Shown here in pieces: positions 56,324-57,361 of a stretch of DNA of 57,361 nucleotides. A model generated the notes under the pieces. That model worked only from the letters and a program-made list of their open reading frames with translations, did not search any database and was not told where the DNA came from. Source of the stretch: Deltaproteobacteria bacterium (GTDB lineage Bacteria; Myxococcota_A; UBA9160; UBA6930); NCBI GenBank assembly GCA_031401135.1, contig JANNRF010000125.1, positions 1 through 57,361 on the forward strand. The letters run 5' to 3'. A program made the translations under genes and the position numbers. Within the stretch, counting starts at the first letter, position 1, and the number at the start of each line of letters is the position of its first letter.

Positions 56324-57361
56324 CTACTTCGCGCCGTCGAGGAAACCCTCGAAGCCGTAGCGCGAGAGCGGGCCGAACAGGATCTGCTCGAGCAGGCCGA
56401 CGCCGCGCTGCTCGCCGAGCTGGGCGGTCACGAGGCTGTGGATGTGATTATGGAACGGGTTGCCCGGCGCGAGATCGCTCTCCTTCCAGACTTCGGCCTC
56501 GACTCTCAACTCGCCTTGCCAGACGCCGTGGCCCCACTTCGGATGCGCGTAGCCGAGCCCGTTCATGTTGAAGCGCTTCACGACCTCGACTTCCAGCAAC
56601 AACTCCTTGCCGTCATGCGCGCGCCCACCGAACGCGCCGCTCTTCACCCAGCGCGTGCCCGTTACGAACACCAGCGCGTCGCCGGTCGGCTCGAACTCGC
56701 TGCGCGCCGGGTCGCCCGGGTCGGCGTGCAGGCTCGGCGCGGCGCTCGTGGCGACGCGCATCCCTGATAACCCCCAGCGCGAGCCGTCGGGATTCTGGAA
56801 GTAACCGACCAGCGCGCACTCGTCCTCGAAATGCACCGGCGCCCAGAGCCACCCGAACGCGGGCGGCGCAGCGGGCCGGCCAGCGCCCGCGCTTCCGACC
56901 GGCCGCACGCCCCACGAGCGGTCCCGCGTTGCAAACGTGCGCGCGGGATCGATGCGCGTCGTCGTGCCGCCCGCGCGCAGCCAGCCTTCCCAGCTGCCGA
57001 ACTGCGTGAAGCGCGTCATGTCCACATGATTGCGAGTCGAGTCGCTCGCCTTCATGCGCGCGCGCTCTTCTTCGAGCGCCGGCGCGCGCGAGACGAACGT
57101 GAGATCGCACGAGATGCCGTGTGCGTTCTCCGCGACCGCGAAGCGCAGCCGCCGCATCGGCTCGAGAATCGTCAGCGAGATCGGCCCGACGCTCGTCTCG
57201 GTGGGTTCCTTCGGCGCCAGCCGCGAAGCGTGCAACGAGTGCTGCACGCCATCCGCGCCGAGAAACGAGAAGTGCGCATCCATTACGTGCTGGTGCGGAT
57301 ACAGCCCGAGCGCGGCGCCGAAATAAAACCCGCAATCGCGATCGACACCGTTGAACCAATA
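56324..57361 (-). CDS. Hypothetical protein (5' end outside window)
   Basis: The frame stays open from 57283 to the window edge (YWFNGVDRDCGFYFGAALGLYPHQHV-MDAHF...). High GC3. No family recognised. Confidence 0.55.
   Translation of the reverse strand, partial: YWFNGVDRDCGFYFGAALGLYPHQHVMDAHFSFLGADGVQHSLHASRLAPKEPTETSVGPISLTILEPMRRLRFAVAENAHGISCDLTFVSRAPALEEERARMKASDSTRNHVDMTRFTQFGSWEGWLRAGGTTTRIDPARTFATRDRSWGVRPVGSAGAGRPAAPPAFGWLWAPVHFEDECALVGYFQNPDGSRWGLSGMRVATSAAPSLHADPGDPARSEFEPTGDALVFVTGTRWVKSGAFGGRAHDGKELLLEVEVVKRFNMNGLGYAHPKWGHGVWQGELRVEAEVWKESDLAPGNPFHNHIHSLVTAQLGEQRGVGLLEQILFGPLSRYGFEGFLDGAK

Overview
This is a 57.4 kb, very GC-rich (about 70% by eye) bacterial chromosomal segment. 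All product calls come from reading the ORF translations and recognising motifs; no searches were run.

**Bases 1-25,600.** A compact, almost entirely plus-strand housekeeping array with many 4-nt ATGA/GTGA start/stop overlaps. It contains argJ (5' truncated), a secreted NxxGxxAF-repeat protein, rpsB-tsf-pyrH-frr-uppS-dxr-rseP-tsaB, ilvC-psd-pssA-leuA-leuB, an Asd-like gene, truA, rplM-rpsI, argC, one antisense GT39-like membrane glycosyltransferase, a NUDIX hydrolase, pyrG, and a YCII/ECF42-type sigma factor pair. The ilvC-psd-pssA-leuA order recalls Geobacter-type deltaproteobacterial lineages.

**Bases 25,584-29,813.** A roughly 4 kb stretch bounded by tRNA-Val(CAC) and tRNA-Arg(CCG). It holds an oxidoreductase remnant, a PPOX-like gene, a Rieske oxygenase alpha subunit and a multiply frameshifted secreted protein. 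The tRNA-Arg 3' end is tandemly duplicated (17 bp x 2).

**Bases 29,800-57,361.** Mixed-strand acyl-CoA/lipid-type metabolism:
- a fused double family-III CoA-transferase and two adjacent acyl-CoA dehydrogenases
- MDR and SDR oxidoreductases, and a KstD-like flavoprotein
- a DUF3237-epimerase-SDR operon
- a carboxyltransferase and an aldo/keto reductase (AKR)
- an SCP2-type thiolase with a DUF35 partner, and an APH-like kinase

This region is interrupted by pyk and by an envelope-protein operon lying divergent from a triple-PilZ protein.

**Most noteworthy finding.** An AhpD/CMD-family gene is split by a single in-frame TGA exactly at the second Cys of its CxxC motif, making it a candidate selenoprotein.

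**Other observations.**
- an Asd paralog lacking the catalytic Cys and His
- frameshifted genes
- intergenic 34-bp direct repeats
- an over-represented, sense-strand-biased 8-mer (CCTAACAG)

No CRISPR array, rRNA, transposase or integrase was seen.
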